Origin: Myxococcales bacterium
Lineage (GTDB): Bacteria; Myxococcota_A; Polyangia; Polyangiales; DASUME01
Assembly (NCBI GenBank): GCA_047601445.1
Contig: JASGJH010000001.1
Location: forward strand, 4,448,001-4,512,000
Length of the DNA stretch: 64,000 nucleotides
Reading direction: 5' to 3'
Shown here: one piece after another, positions 1 through 10,540 of the stretch
How positions within the stretch are numbered: the first letter of the stretch is position 1
How the letters are laid out: each line of letters starts with the position of its first letter
Notes under the pieces: model-generated
The model's input: the letters and a program-made list of their open reading frames with translations, nothing else
The model's database searches: none
Told to the model about the DNA's origin: nothing
Position numbers and translations under genes: made by a program

Positions 1-2
1 TG

Positions 3-191
3 ATCGACGGCACGTGCGATCCCGTCTCGGGCAAGACGTTGGTGGCACGCTTCCGCGAGCTCGTCACGAACGCTGACGTCGTGGAGCTCCCCCACGTGGG
101 GCACTACCCCCATGTCGAAGATCCCGCCGCGGTGCTCCAAGCTCTGTTCGCATTCCACGATGGGCGCGTTGTCGCTCACTTGACGAAGTGA
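3..191 (+). CDS. alpha/beta-fold hydrolase, C-terminal end (5' truncated by window edge)
   Basis: Frame 3 reads IDGTCDPVSG...ELPHVGHYPHVEDP...*, containing the acid (DPVS) and catalytic His (GHYP) motifs. Not in the ORF track because it has no start. Confidence 0.75.
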   Translation: MDGTCDPVSGKTLVARFRELVTNADVVELPHVGHYPHVEDPAAVLQALFAFHDGRVVAHLTK

Positions 192-796
192 TCGAACGGG
201 TCGCAGCCCATCTTCCGATCCGTGTTGTAGAACGAATCATCGACCTCTTTGGTGGTGAGCTTGATATCGAGCCGCTTGGGGTCGCCGTGGGCCATGCTGA
301 AGTAGACGACGTCCTTGTCGAGATCGCACTTGCCGTCACCGTCTTGATCGAGCCAAAAGGCGATCTTGGGGTTGTAGCCGCCGGCCGTCCTCGCCGTCAC
401 CGCGAGCGTGAAGGAGCCGCCCTTGACCTCGGTCTTGCCGAGCACGCTGCAGAAATCGTAGTCCAGGCCGAAGCTGACCCAGCCCCAGACCGTGGTTCCG
501 TCGGCGGCGCTCAAGCCGCTTACCGTGAGCTTCACCGGATAGTCCTTCACCAGGATCTCATCCTCGCAGCTGCCCAGGGCCGTCTCCTCCGTCGCTGGAG
601 TGGTGCTCGGATTGCCCGTCGAGGCGTCCTCGGCTTTGCCCGAATCCTCTTGCTGGGACGCATCCTCCAAGCCGCCATCCCGCACGAAGTTGCCAGCATC
701 GCCTCCACAGCCGAGTGCTACGGCCAACATCAATCCAAGAAAAACCGAGCTCAATGCGTGAGCCAGGTTCGTTGGCCTTGCGAGCTTTGCGATCAC
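176..796 (-). CDS. hypothetical lipoprotein
   Basis: Hydrophobic signal ending ALG-C, acidic linker, DxDxDG motif (DQDGDG). Confidence 0.7.
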   Translation of the reverse strand: MIAKLARPTNLAHALSSVFLGLMLAVALGCGGDAGNFVRDGGLEDASQQEDSGKAEDASTGNPSTTPATEETALGSCEDEILVKDYPVKLTVSGLSAADGTTVWGWVSFGLDYDFCSVLGKTEVKGGSFTLAVTARTAGGYNPKIAFWLDQDGDGKCDLDKDVVYFSMAHGDPKRLDIKLTTKEVDDSFYNTDRKMGCDPFDHFVK

Positions 797-979
797 TGTT
801 CATCTCCCCAAACGTTCGTCGGCGCGCCAGCGGCGGGAGCCATCAAGACCAGCGATCATTATCCGTGGCTCCACCCCGAGACCACAGAATCTGGAACAAT
901 TAGCTACGCGCTAGCAGCTTGGCATCGATGGGTCGCTTTGGGGTGAGACGTCAAATAGTGAGAGCCAGCGTACGTCGCT

Positions 980-1525
980 GTGGGAATGACTGTCTTCTCG
1001 TCTTTGAATCGTCGTCGAACCCGCGCCACTGCCTGGATCTCGCTCATTACTCGACCGCGGCATTGGCTGCTGACCTGCCTGCTCTTCTCCAGCGCTGCCG
1101 CCTGTGGTCACCCTGAGGCCCCCCTCAAGACGTTCGAGGTGAAACCCGACCCGGATCCCGCTTCGCTCGGCTATCCGGCGAACGACGCCGGAACCTTCAC
1201 GTTGCTGGGCGCGAACGGGCTTGAAATACGCATCGACCCCGAGCAGAAGACACCGGTCAACACGATGCGCGCTTGCCGCGGTTGGCTCCGAGAGTGTCGA
1301 AAGGCGAACCCCGGTCGGTTCGACCAGTGCGTCGCGGAAGCACCCGATTGCAAGAACGAGCGGCCTTGGGAACACGACGAGCAGTGCTGTCCACACGCCT
1401 GCGGCGTTCAGTACGAGGCACTGAGAAAGAAGGGGCAGCCTTACGACGAAGCCTGGCTCGCAGTCATCGAGCAGGGGGACTGTTTTCCCGGTTTTGTCGC
1501 CTACAGCGAAGGGAAGCAGCCATGA
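980..1525 (+). CDS. Cys-rich hypothetical lipoprotein
   Basis: Lipobox-like SAAA-C and 8 downstream Cys. Its stop overlaps the next start (ATGA at 1522-1525). Confidence 0.7.
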   Translation: MGMTVFSSLNRRRTRATAWISLITRPRHWLLTCLLFSSAAACGHPEAPLKTFEVKPDPDPASLGYPANDAGTFTLLGANGLEIRIDPEQKTPVNTMRACRGWLRECRKANPGRFDQCVAEAPDCKNERPWEHDEQCCPHACGVQYEALRKKGQPYDEAWLAVIEQGDCFPGFVAYSEGKQP

Positions 1526-4500
1526 AGCGGTCGCTTGGAACGCTGACGCTATGCGTGGCACTCGCTCCCCTGTCGGCCCGCGCCTGGGACTCCTACTGCG
1601 ACGACGCCACGGGCGCCTGTCCTTCGGGAATCGCCATGGCGTCCCAGCGCTGGAGAAGCGGAGAGCCCGCTGACACCGGGGAGTCCGACGAGCATCGGCG
1701 CCTGTTCGAGTGGGTGTTCGCGGACTCCGGGATTCCTCCGACCATGAACGACCTGGCCATCAACATCTACACGTCTCAAGACGATTGGTTCCTGCCGTCG
1801 CCGTTCAGTCGGGTCGAGACTTCCTTCGTGCACCAGCGCTCGGTGAGTGAGTTCTCCCAGTTGCCCGACTACGGCTACGCCCTGTCGGACTGGGCCTCGC
1901 AGTTCTCGACGTGCCCACCCGAGCCGGGGCGCGACCCGGCTCAGTGCCATGCCTTCGACAATCACATGGGCACCCTCAACTCGAATCACTTTCTGCCGCA
2001 AGCAGAGAACTTCTACCGTCACTATCATCAGCTAGCGCTGCAGAAGGCCGAGAGTTGCGCGCAGGTCAGCGACCAGCTCGGGACGCGGGCCAGCGAGTTC
2101 GGTGATTTTCTGCGCGAGTGTGATCGCGAGGCGCTGATCATCGAAGCGGTGGGGCAGCACTACTTGCAAGACGCCTGGAGCTCGGGCCACATGTGGGAAC
2201 GCTGGGGCACGCCCGAGTTCTCGGAGCTGCCCGCGTTTCCCTCGGACAATGCCGATTCTCGACTGTTCAATGGTCTCACCGTCGCGTTGATAGCGGGTGC
2301 GATTCACGGATCTCAGGCCAAGTTGCACCTGCCGGACCCGCTGTGCTCCGAGGACGACCGCGTGGAGTTCGTGCAGAATGGGCAGCACTACCCTGCGGTT
2401 GGCGACCTCTACCGAAACGAGCTCCTGAGCGACGACAGCTTTGCCTACCAGCGTTCTCAGCTCTACACGTGTTCGCTCTCGGGCATGACCTCGGTGTATG
2501 CGGCGAGCAGTCACATCGACGCGCCCAACTACGCTGAAAGCGGGGGTTCACCGGGCGCGGAGTGCTTTGATCAGCGGGCTACCAACCGAGCGATGAGTGC
2601 GGGCTTCGGTGCGATCTCCAAGGTCACGGGCCTGATGACGCTCTATCTCCAGAGCCAACATGAGACGGTACCCGTCGATGACGTGGTGGCCGTGAAGCAG
2701 CGCCTGAACAGCGACCTGGAGAAGATCGCGGCGCGTCTGGAGATGGCGGAGGAGAAGGATGCCTATGGGACGCAGATGGCCACGGGGGGCTTGCGAACGC
2801 TGTTGAACGTCAAGCCCAACAGCGGCTATCCGGCGGCCAGTAGTTCTCCGCCAGCGAGCTACGTCGACCCCGAGTTGGCTTGGCCGGTCAATACGACGGG
2901 TCCGTCCACGGTGGTGGAGGAGTTGCCCTTTCTCTTCAACCTCGGTCACGCGGCCGAGTGGTGTGCGGAGCTGAGCAAGCAAGATCTCGAGGGCATGCGC
3001 GAGCGCTCGCGCAGCGCGGGAGCGGGAACCCCTGCGCACCGCTTGTGCGTGGATTTCGCGCGCCGCCACGTGCGCAGGCTCGCACCCGACGAGAAACCAG
3101 AGGCCGAAAAGTGTCCCGGGGAGGAAACCGAGCCGCAGGATCCGAAGGACAAGGAGGAAGACGAGAAAAAGAAGGAGAACGCGTTCTGTCGCGCACTGAA
3201 TGAGGGCAGCGCCCTGCTCGAGGTCAAGCACGACGACGAATTCGCGACGAATGATGTGCTGGCTGACACCTGGTGCTTGTCGGAGGATGAGGAGAAAAAG
3301 GAAGACGGTCAGTCACCAGGCCGCGACTGCGACCACGGCAAGGGCCCCGGTGGAGGAGGGGGCACTGGCGGCGGAACCGGTGGCGATGGAGGAGGAACTG
3401 GTGGCAACGGAGGCAGCGGAGGAGGAACTGGCGGCAACGGTGGAGGAACTGGTGGCAACGGCGGAGGAACCGGTGGCAACGGTGGAGGAACTGATGGCGA
3501 CGGCGGAGGCACGGGTGGCAACGGTGGAGGGACTGGTGGCAATGGCGGCGGAACCGGTGGGCCTGGAGGAGGAGGAGGAGGCACGGGTGGGCCTGGAGGA
3601 GGCACGGGTGGACCGGGAGGAGACCCCGGAATGCCCTACTGTCTCGATGACTGCGGCCTGGACCTTGCCGATCCTCACCTGCTCACCTACGACGGCCTGG
3701 CCTACGACTTCATGGACACTGGAGAGTTCGTGGCTTCGCTCTCGGATGACGACTCGCTCGAGATCCAGGTTCGGTATGCGGTGCCGGGACGGCATGGCTC
3801 GCGAACCGTGATGGGGACAGCACTGGGCTTCCGCGTGGAGGGCCATCGTGTGTCGCTCTACGCTCCGTATCCGAACCTCGTGTACATCGACGGACAGCGC
3901 TTCGAGTTCGACGAGTCTCACGTGGAGAAGTTGAGTGGCACCGCGGGCGCGAGCGTGGAACTCGACGTCAAGGAGAGCACCTGGACCGTGCGCTGGTCGG
4001 ATGGCTCGTTCGTCTCGACCGATCGCAATCCGGTGGGCCATCACGCCATGATGAAGCTCTCCGAGGTGCACAGGGGTGCCGTGCGCGGTCTGCTCGGAAA
4101 CTTCGACGGCGATCCGATGAACGACGTATTGGCAGAGGATGGGCAGCCCGTGGACACCTCGTCCACCGATCAGCCCGGCGTCTACGCTGTGCCGCTCGAG
4201 GTGCTCAACGCTGGCACGCGCGCCAACTATCGGGTACCGGAAGGACGCTCGCTGTTCGACCTGCCGGACGTCTTCTTCCCCGCTCCCATGCCGACCACTG
4301 CGCCGCCCACCCCCGAGCAGGAGAAGGCCGCCGCTGCGACGTGTGCCGAGGCGGGCCTTGTCGCCGGCTACTGGTACGACGCCTGTGTCTACGACCTGGC
4401 TCGGATGGGAGACATGACCGACCGCAAGGAGTGGGCTCGCTCGTTCCTTGGAGCTCCCACGCCGGAGGCTTCGCTGGTCATCCTCAATGATCGCGACGGC

Positions 4501-6024
4501 GACGGACTCGATGCCGCCGCCGAACTCTTGCTCCTCACCGATCCCGAGCGCGCCGACACCGATGGCGATGGCATCTCCGATGGTCTCGAAGTCGCAGCCG
4601 AGACGGACCCAAACGATGAACATGATGAACCCGCTCGCAACGGCGACTCCATCGTGGACATCGTTCCGGGGCAGACGTTCACCACGCACCTGCCCATCCC
4701 CACGTCGATCGAGAAATCCGACGTGTACATTCTGATGGACGTCACCGGATCCATGGGCGGCAGTCTCAGCTCCATCCGGAGCGCCTTCAGTGGTCCGAGT
4801 GGCATCCTCGAGCGCGTGAGATCCGAGATGCCCAATGCGATGTTCGGCATCGGGCAGTTCTCCGACTACAACGAGTCCGTGCCAGCCTACAAGCACTTGC
4901 AAGACATCACGCCGGATGCGAGTGCGGTGCAGACCGCGCTGGATGGCTTGCATGCTGGAGGGGGTGGCGACAATCCAGAAGCGTTGATCCCAGCGCTTTG
5001 GTCCATGGCATCAGGCAAGGGCCTAGGAGCGGGTTCCTCGTGGGAGCTGGCACGGGGCGAGAAGGGCAGTCCCTTCGCGCCGTGTCCCGCCACGAAATGG
5101 GGCTTCCCCTGCTTCCGGGAAGCTGCGTTGCCGATCGTCGTCGCGGTGACCGACGTCCAGCAGCACAACGGCCCTGGTGGGAAGGACGCCTACTCCTTCG
5201 CTGCGCCCTCCTACGACCAAGCCGTCGACGAGCTCATCGCACGCGGCACCAAGGTGGTTGGGGTCGTGACGACCAGTGCAGCGCTGCAAACGCTCGAACC
5301 CCTCGCCAGTGACACGGGCGCCGTCGACGCGGCGGGACATCCGCTGGTCACGCGTGTATCGTCGAGCGTCAACGTGGGAGCGCAGGTCGCAAGTCAGGTC
5401 ATCTCCGTCGCCCGTGCGCCCCACGACCTGACCTTGCTCGTGGACGACGAAGCGAGCGATCCGAACCAGCCGGCAGCGTGGCTCAAGGAACTCAGCCCCC
5501 TGCCGGAAGGGGATGCGGAGTTGCGTTGCCAGGCTCACAGCAGCCTGCTCGATGCCAATAGCGATGGCCAGGTCGATACGTTCTCGCAAGTCGTGGCGGG
5601 CGATCCGGTCTGCTATTCGGCGATGTTCGTGATCGGGGACCTACCGAGAAGTCGTCGACCGACCGCGTTCTTGCTCAACCTCCGCGTCTACGCCGATGGC
5701 TCGGAGGTCGCGACCCGTCGCCTGTGGCTGATGGTCCCTGCCGCGCCCAACGCCCCGGAGCGCGCCGCCACGGACAGCCTGAGTACCGCCAATCGCTGGC
5801 TCGACACCGACGGCGACACCATCTCCGACGCAGACGAAGGCGGCATGTTGTCGGAGGACAGCTACGGGGTCGACACGGACGGAGACGGAAACCCCGACTT
5901 CCTGGACCCGGACTCCGACAACGATGGCCTCACCGATGCCCAGGAAGCCGGCGACGCCCTGCTCGAGACCGCGCCTTTTGACACGGATAAGGACGGCACT
6001 GCTGACTTTCGGGCGGCCAGTTGA
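1522..6024 (+). CDS. large secreted multidomain protein: Zn-dependent phospholipase C/P1-nuclease-like N-terminus, Gly-rich linker, VWD, DxDxDG Ca-binding repeats, VWA
   Basis: Start re-called at ATG 1522 (signal peptide MKRS...ARA-W). Motifs: HYLQDAWSSGH (2158-2190), ADPHLLTYDG...GLLGNFDG (VWD), DVTGSM MIDAS (VWA), several DTDGDG repeats. Confidence 0.8.
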   Translation: MKRSLGTLTLCVALAPLSARAWDSYCDDATGACPSGIAMASQRWRSGEPADTGESDEHRRLFEWVFADSGIPPTMNDLAINIYTSQDDWFLPSPFSRVETSFVHQRSVSEFSQLPDYGYALSDWASQFSTCPPEPGRDPAQCHAFDNHMGTLNSNHFLPQAENFYRHYHQLALQKAESCAQVSDQLGTRASEFGDFLRECDREALIIEAVGQHYLQDAWSSGHMWERWGTPEFSELPAFPSDNADSRLFNGLTVALIAGAIHGSQAKLHLPDPLCSEDDRVEFVQNGQHYPAVGDLYRNELLSDDSFAYQRSQLYTCSLSGMTSVYAASSHIDAPNYAESGGSPGAECFDQRATNRAMSAGFGAISKVTGLMTLYLQSQHETVPVDDVVAVKQRLNSDLEKIAARLEMAEEKDAYGTQMATGGLRTLLNVKPNSGYPAASSSPPASYVDPELAWPVNTTGPSTVVEELPFLFNLGHAAEWCAELSKQDLEGMRERSRSAGAGTPAHRLCVDFARRHVRRLAPDEKPEAEKCPGEETEPQDPKDKEEDEKKKENAFCRALNEGSALLEVKHDDEFATNDVLADTWCLSEDEEKKEDGQSPGRDCDHGKGPGGGGGTGGGTGGDGGGTGGNGGSGGGTGGNGGGTGGNGGGTGGNGGGTDGDGGGTGGNGGGTGGNGGGTGGPGGGGGGTGGPGGGTGGPGGDPGMPYCLDDCGLDLADPHLLTYDGLAYDFMDTGEFVASLSDDDSLEIQVRYAVPGRHGSRTVMGTALGFRVEGHRVSLYAPYPNLVYIDGQRFEFDESHVEKLSGTAGASVELDVKESTWTVRWSDGSFVSTDRNPVGHHAMMKLSEVHRGAVRGLLGNFDGDPMNDVLAEDGQPVDTSSTDQPGVYAVPLEVLNAGTRANYRVPEGRSLFDLPDVFFPAPMPTTAPPTPEQEKAAAATCAEAGLVAGYWYDACVYDLARMGDMTDRKEWARSFLGAPTPEASLVILNDRDGDGLDAAAELLLLTDPERADTDGDGISDGLEVAAETDPNDEHDEPARNGDSIVDIVPGQTFTTHLPIPTSIEKSDVYILMDVTGSMGGSLSSIRSAFSGPSGILERVRSEMPNAMFGIGQFSDYNESVPAYKHLQDITPDASAVQTALDGLHAGGGGDNPEALIPALWSMASGKGLGAGSSWELARGEKGSPFAPCPATKWGFPCFREAALPIVVAVTDVQQHNGPGGKDAYSFAAPSYDQAVDELIARGTKVVGVVTTSAALQTLEPLASDTGAVDAAGHPLVTRVSSSVNVGAQVASQVISVARAPHDLTLLVDDEASDPNQPAAWLKELSPLPEGDAELRCQAHSSLLDANSDGQVDTFSQVVAGDPVCYSAMFVIGDLPRSRRPTAFLLNLRVYADGSEVATRRLWLMVPAAPNAPERAATDSLSTANRWLDTDGDTISDADEGGMLSEDSYGVDTDGDGNPDFLDPDSDNDGLTDAQEAGDALLETAPFDTDKDGTADFRAAS
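3349..3621 (+). repeat. coding tandem repeat, Gly-rich (GGTGG[N/D/P]G)n linker
   Basis: Imperfect ~21-nt units such as GGAGGAACTGGTGGCAACGGC with synonymous variation. Confidence 0.85.
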
Positions 6025-6335
6025 GGGGTTGAGTGCACCTCGACGGTGATGCCTCCTCGCTCCAACGAGGAACGCTGCGCGCCAACATCCTGGTGTTGAT
6101 GATGGACGTGAAGGGCGACCTGCCGAACCTCGCCCCGCGCTGGTTTCTGGTGCGAAACGCGCGCGCAAAGGAGGGCATGCGGCTGTTGCAGCCGCGCTGG
6201 GCGATTTCGTACCTGCGCGACCCCACGACCGGCGCCGAAATCCGTCGAGCGCGCGGCAAACACGCCGGCCAGGCGGAAGCTGCCGAGTAGCCCGCGCGTA
6301 CCAGAAGCTGAACCGCCGCAAAAGGGAGCGCACGA

Positions 6336-7121
6336 ATGCCGATCCGAGTCCTGCGACCAACCATGCGCGGCGACGACATCACCCGCTGGCAAGCCTTCCT
6401 CCGTGGCCAAGACGTGTATCACGGGGAGATCGACGGCCAGTTCGGGCCAGAGACGCTCGAGGCCACCAAGCGCTGGCAACGCCGGGAAGGCCTCCTCGAC
6501 GACGGCATCGTGGGCGTCAAGACGCTCGGACGAGCCCAGCAGCTCGGCTTCAACCCGGGTGTAGAAGACGACGATGCGAGCGAGCACAGCATCGCGTGGC
6601 CGCCGGCCCCCGCGTTCCCGCCGCTCGATGGTGAAGGGCGCAAGCGCATGTTCGGCGAGTTTCAGTTCGTGCCGGCGCCCGTTGCGGAGAGCAAGGAAGC
6701 AATCCGCATCCTGGGCTCATGGGTCCAGGACAACATTCAACGGGTGGAGATTCCGCAGCTCGCCAGGTTCCCGAACTCGCACGGAGGCTCGATCCAGCTG
6801 CATCGGTTGGCGGTCGAACCATTCAGGCAGTTCTTCGATGCAGTGCACAGGGCGGGCCTGTTGAGCAAGGTGCTGAGCTTCAATGGAAGCTGGGTACCGC
6901 GGTTCATTCGAGGGTCGACGACAGAGCTATCGAATCATGCGTACGGGACAGCGATCGATCTCAATCTGGCGTGGAACAAGCTCGGGCATGTGCCGCCGTT
7001 GAAGGGCGAAGAAGGATCGCTAAGAGAGCTTGTGCCGATTGCGAATGAGTTTGGGATCTACTGGGGTGGGCACTTTCGAGGGCGGGTGGATGGGATGCAT
7101 TTTGAGCTGGCGCGGGTGTAG
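6336..7121 (+). CDS. peptidoglycan-binding domain + M15 family metallopeptidase
   Basis: N-terminal PG_binding_1-like DGQFGPET...WQ...DGIVG; C-terminal R...SNHAYGTAIDLN...WGG...DGMHFE. Confidence 0.9.
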   Translation: MPIRVLRPTMRGDDITRWQAFLRGQDVYHGEIDGQFGPETLEATKRWQRREGLLDDGIVGVKTLGRAQQLGFNPGVEDDDASEHSIAWPPAPAFPPLDGEGRKRMFGEFQFVPAPVAESKEAIRILGSWVQDNIQRVEIPQLARFPNSHGGSIQLHRLAVEPFRQFFDAVHRAGLLSKVLSFNGSWVPRFIRGSTTELSNHAYGTAIDLNLAWNKLGHVPPLKGEEGSLRELVPIANEFGIYWGGHFRGRVDGMHFELARV

Positions 7122-7169
7122 GGTGCACCAAGGGTGGAATGCACGTGCCATCGGTGAGCCCGGGGGCGG

Positions 7170-8582
7170 CTAAAAGGTAGCCGCTAGCGCGCAAACGGCC
7201 TCGCATGTGGTGTCTGCGTGACCGCAGTCGGCGAGCACCACTCCGGAGGCGCATTCACAGAAGCCTGACCGCCAAGCCTCGACCAAAGAGCCACAGCTCA
7301 GGTCGTTCTGAGGCTCTCTTGGGCCAGCCCCTGAGCATTGGCCCGTTTGCCGCCAGGCCACGCAGCAACCGACGTCGTTCGCAACACAGCTGCCCTTGGG
7401 ATTCATCGGGCAGGCCAGGAGGCGAGTTCCAGCCGGGCACTGGCAGTATCCCTCGGTGCAGGTCTGCTGATCGACCTGGCTGCAATCCGCGCAGGTCGTC
7501 CCGGCACGCCCGCACGCCGTGAGGCTCAGTCCGTCGAGCTGACACTGACCGTTCGCGTCGCAGCAGCCGTCGCAGGTCCCCGGACCGCAGGGCTTGCAGA
7601 GTCCGTCGTGCTTGTCGCAGAGAAGTCCTTGGCTGGCGCAGTCGGAGCACTCCTCTCCGCTTCCGCAGGCGCTTACCTCGGTGCCAGCGTGCCACGAGCC
7701 ACCCGCACAACAGCCGCCCGAACTCGCATCGCACTCGCACTCGCGTTGGTCATTGCACCAGCCGTGGTCGGCTGTGCAATCCTCGCAGGTTACGACGCCT
7801 CCTCCGCCGCAGTTGTCATTGGTATTGCCCGGCAAACAGACGCCGCCGTTGAGGCATCCGTTGCATTCACAGCTGCCGGCCACGCACTTGAGCAGCGGAG
7901 AGGCGCACAACCCCAGGCAGCAGCTGTCCCCTACTGCGTGGCCGCCGCCGAGGATCGGATCATTGCAGAACTTGGCGACGGCAGCCGCGCCGCCCGCGAT
8001 CGCGGTGCTCCCGAGGTCCGAGAGGACGTCCCCCACCGCACTGATGGCCATGCCGGCCGGCGTGCCCCAGAAGCTCCAACTGAAGTGGCTGACGTTGGCC
8101 GAGAGGCGCTCGGTTGTCAGCGGCAACAGCGGCTCGAAGCCGGTACTCGGATCACCAGCAGACCAGAAGATCGTGCCCGACATACCGGCCGGCAGAGCCG
8201 GCAACGCTGAGTACGTCACAGTGGCAGGCACCGCGAACTGGAGCCCGGCCGGCTCAAACTCGAAGACGTCGCCGTAGATACTAAAGGCCTGTTGGATGCC
8301 CGCAGGAAGATCGGTTGCCGCATGGCGGGTGACCGTGATGGATGTCTCGGCGGCCAGAGATCCGGACGGCACATCGAGGCGGATTCCGGAGAGCTCTACG
8401 CTGCCTCCGGCCGGGCCAACCATGACCGACGCACTCGTACTCGCCGGCGAGTAGACTGGATCGGGCTCCCCAACTGGCTTGCCATCGTGGTTGGCGGCAG
8501 AACATCCAATCAAGGCGCCGCAGCAGGCCCATGCTGCGAGAGATCGCAGCAAACCCGCGCCGCGCGTGTGGAGCGTCAGCAT
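7170..8582 (-). CDS. lipoprotein with ZU5-like N-terminal domain and Cys-rich C-terminal repeats
   Basis: LIG-C lipobox; GPAGGSVEL...LDVPSGSL...FEPAGLQFAVP...VSHFS; dense Cys repeats. Confidence 0.75.
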   Translation of the reverse strand: MLTLHTRGAGLLRSLAAWACCGALIGCSAANHDGKPVGEPDPVYSPASTSASVMVGPAGGSVELSGIRLDVPSGSLAAETSITVTRHAATDLPAGIQQAFSIYGDVFEFEPAGLQFAVPATVTYSALPALPAGMSGTIFWSAGDPSTGFEPLLPLTTERLSANVSHFSWSFWGTPAGMAISAVGDVLSDLGSTAIAGGAAAVAKFCNDPILGGGHAVGDSCCLGLCASPLLKCVAGSCECNGCLNGGVCLPGNTNDNCGGGGVVTCEDCTADHGWCNDQRECECDASSGGCCAGGSWHAGTEVSACGSGEECSDCASQGLLCDKHDGLCKPCGPGTCDGCCDANGQCQLDGLSLTACGRAGTTCADCSQVDQQTCTEGYCQCPAGTRLLACPMNPKGSCVANDVGCCVAWRQTGQCSGAGPREPQNDLSCGSLVEAWRSGFCECASGVVLADCGHADTTCEAVCALAATF

Positions 8583-8616
8583 AGTAATCTCTTTGGTCGC
8601 GTGGATTTCACTACGC

Positions 8617-8646
8617 TGACATCTCGCGCGATTTCGCGAGACGTCA
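8617..8646. promoter_or_regulatory. inverted repeat upstream of the 8582 start (possible operator or hairpin)
   Basis: TGACATCTCGCG-N6-CGCGAGACGTCA, 11 of 12 positions complementary. Confidence 0.35.
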
Positions 8647-8924
8647 ACGACGGTCTCTTACGCTCCGCGATTGCGTCGAGCAAGCATGATGACGCGCAAG
8701 TAAGTCTGCTACCCGATCGGGTAGGAAGATCGACACAACGATCGCTTCGCTTCGCCAGTCGTCGGCAGCCAAGAGCCAGAGCGTGTAGAGCGATTTCAGC
8801 CCCCAAACCTCACGCTCCGTGGAGAGCTGATGAAGAACCGGAAGGAGCCTCAGCATCTGGTCGCCTCATAGCGGCAGATACTTCGTCTTCCGAGGCCGCG
8901 CACTCACCGTGGAACTCCTTGAGG

Positions 8925-9205
8925 CCGCGACCACCACGCGCCGCGCACCATCCGCCTCCGCGTCTCCGCCCGCAGAGGCCCGGGCCTCTTCGCACCACAG
9001 TCCGAGCGCGTACCCAAGTACGCGCGTGCTCGGTATTCCTTCATCATCTCGAAGTCCCGCGGGCTCGCGCAATCCACAGCGCGTGAGGACAGCGTTGGTG
9101 CGCGACGGATAGTCAATCCTTCGCTACCATTTGATCGCCGTCCAAGCGCCGCTTCCGCTCCCACGCACGATTCGCGCGCTCGACGTTCGCCCGACCGGCA
9201 ACGCG
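8925..9205 (-). pseudogene. degenerate partial copy of the small Cys-rich gene at 39851-40153 and its upstream region
   Basis: Aligns by eye with 40015-40325. It has a 27-nt internal deletion, ATT in place of the ATG, and lacks the Cys-rich 3' half. Confidence 0.75.
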
Positions 9206-9880
9206 GGGAGCTAACACCCGCCATGGCGAGCTGAGCGGATGAGGCTGCGGCGGCGATTTTGATTGGGCCGTCGTTTCAGCACTAGGTAAACGGGCGTCCG
9301 TTCGTACGGAGATCGCAAAAGCTCTGTTTGGAACTCGCAGTCTTCTCCGACCTCACCCGGCAAATAGGCGGTCTAACAGCCGCGGCCCTCTTTCTAGTCG
9401 AGATGTCGGGCTTGCGCCGGTGCGTGGCAAACCCGCCGAGGTGCCTGCCGGTACATCCGCCGACAGCGAGAGCCCCTCCCGGGCCAACGATTCCATCCCG
9501 TGCTTCGTCTCGATCTTGTAGTCGCGCGCCGCACGTTTACGGGGAGAGCTGTCTGCTGTCCGTCGCTCGGCGCGAGGCGCTACTCAAAAAGACCCGGCGT
9601 AGCGCCAAGTCCCTCTCAGATTCCAAACCGGTACGGGAGGCCCCGCAATGCCAGAGTAGCTAGTCAATTCTTCGTCAACGCCCGAACTCGGACACCGCGT
9701 TCGATTCCTGACCTTGCCAGGTGGTCTGTTGAGCATGACTATCCCATGACATGAACCCAGGAGGCTGCCTCCGAGCGTCAACCACGTCCGCGCGATCGGA
9801 CCCAGCGCTCGAACGCCAGCCCTCTTTCGGGTTCTATGCGTGCAGCGTAGTTGGCGTAGCGTTTTCAATAGAGAGGCGAC

Positions 9881-10537
9881 ATGGCGGAGTTCATTTCCAA
9901 GCTAATTGAGCTCACTACCGACAACTTCAAGGCCCACGTGGGCGAACGAGCGCTGTTCGTGCTGTCGTGCCTGGTCTCGTTGGGTTGCGCCGCCTGGATC
10001 GGATTCGCGACGCCCCGCGAAAGGCGCTCAGAGGTTTGGCGCGCCTGGGTGGGCTTTTGGATAGGCACCGGGCTTTACTATCTGCTCGAGTTGGTACTCG
10101 GCCTGGGAAGAACCCCTGCTTGGTGGATCTCGCAGCTCGCGCTGGACATGGCCAGCCTGTCGCTCTTCGTGGGGTTGCTCTACCGCACGGATCCCCCGCG
10201 CACCTCGGAGACATGGCTTACCGTCGCCGTCGTGGCGCTAATGGTCGTCCGCTGGATCGACATCGCGCTTGTGCACAACGCTTTGCCCTACGCCTTTTTT
10301 CACCAGGCGGTCGATGTCGTACTGTTAGCTGCATGGGCCTGGAAAGGGAGCAGCAGCGACGAGGCCCGCTGGCGATTCGCCGGCTATGCACTCCTGCAAG
10401 TACCGGTGCCGGCCCTGACCGCATGGTTGTTCGGCAGTGTCGAGGAGGCGCAGGCAAATCTGTTCAACCTAGTCGTGCAGTGCCTGGTGGCCAAGCCGCT
10501 GCTTTTGGCGGCGGCGCTAAAGATCGTGACGGCTTGA
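9881..10537 (+). CDS. multi-pass membrane protein
   Basis: About 6-7 hydrophobic segments; GAGG RBS; ends 3 nt before the next ATG. Confidence 0.75.
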   Translation: MAEFISKLIELTTDNFKAHVGERALFVLSCLVSLGCAAWIGFATPRERRSEVWRAWVGFWIGTGLYYLLELVLGLGRTPAWWISQLALDMASLSLFVGLLYRTDPPRTSETWLTVAVVALMVVRWIDIALVHNALPYAFFHQAVDVVLLAAWAWKGSSSDEARWRFAGYALLQVPVPALTAWLFGSVEEAQANLFNLVVQCLVAKPLLLAAALKIVTA

Positions 10538-10540
10538 TCC

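Noticed and set aside
1273..1521. N-terminal 83 aa of the 1583-aa ORF
   Set aside because: Overlaps the upstream lipoprotein gene; the signal peptide and ATGA coupling place the start at 1522.
3349..3621. Periodic repeats here and at 53080-53160 and 57411-57452 as a CRISPR array
   Set aside because: Tandem units without unique spacers, and no cas genes in the window.
3309..4953. Pro-rich and Ser/Ala-rich minus-strand ORFs
   Set aside because: Antisense readings of the Gly-rich linker and VWD region.
6033..6290. 85-aa ORF between the large protein and the M15 peptidase
   Set aside because: No motif or clear RBS; it may be a gene remnant but cannot be supported.
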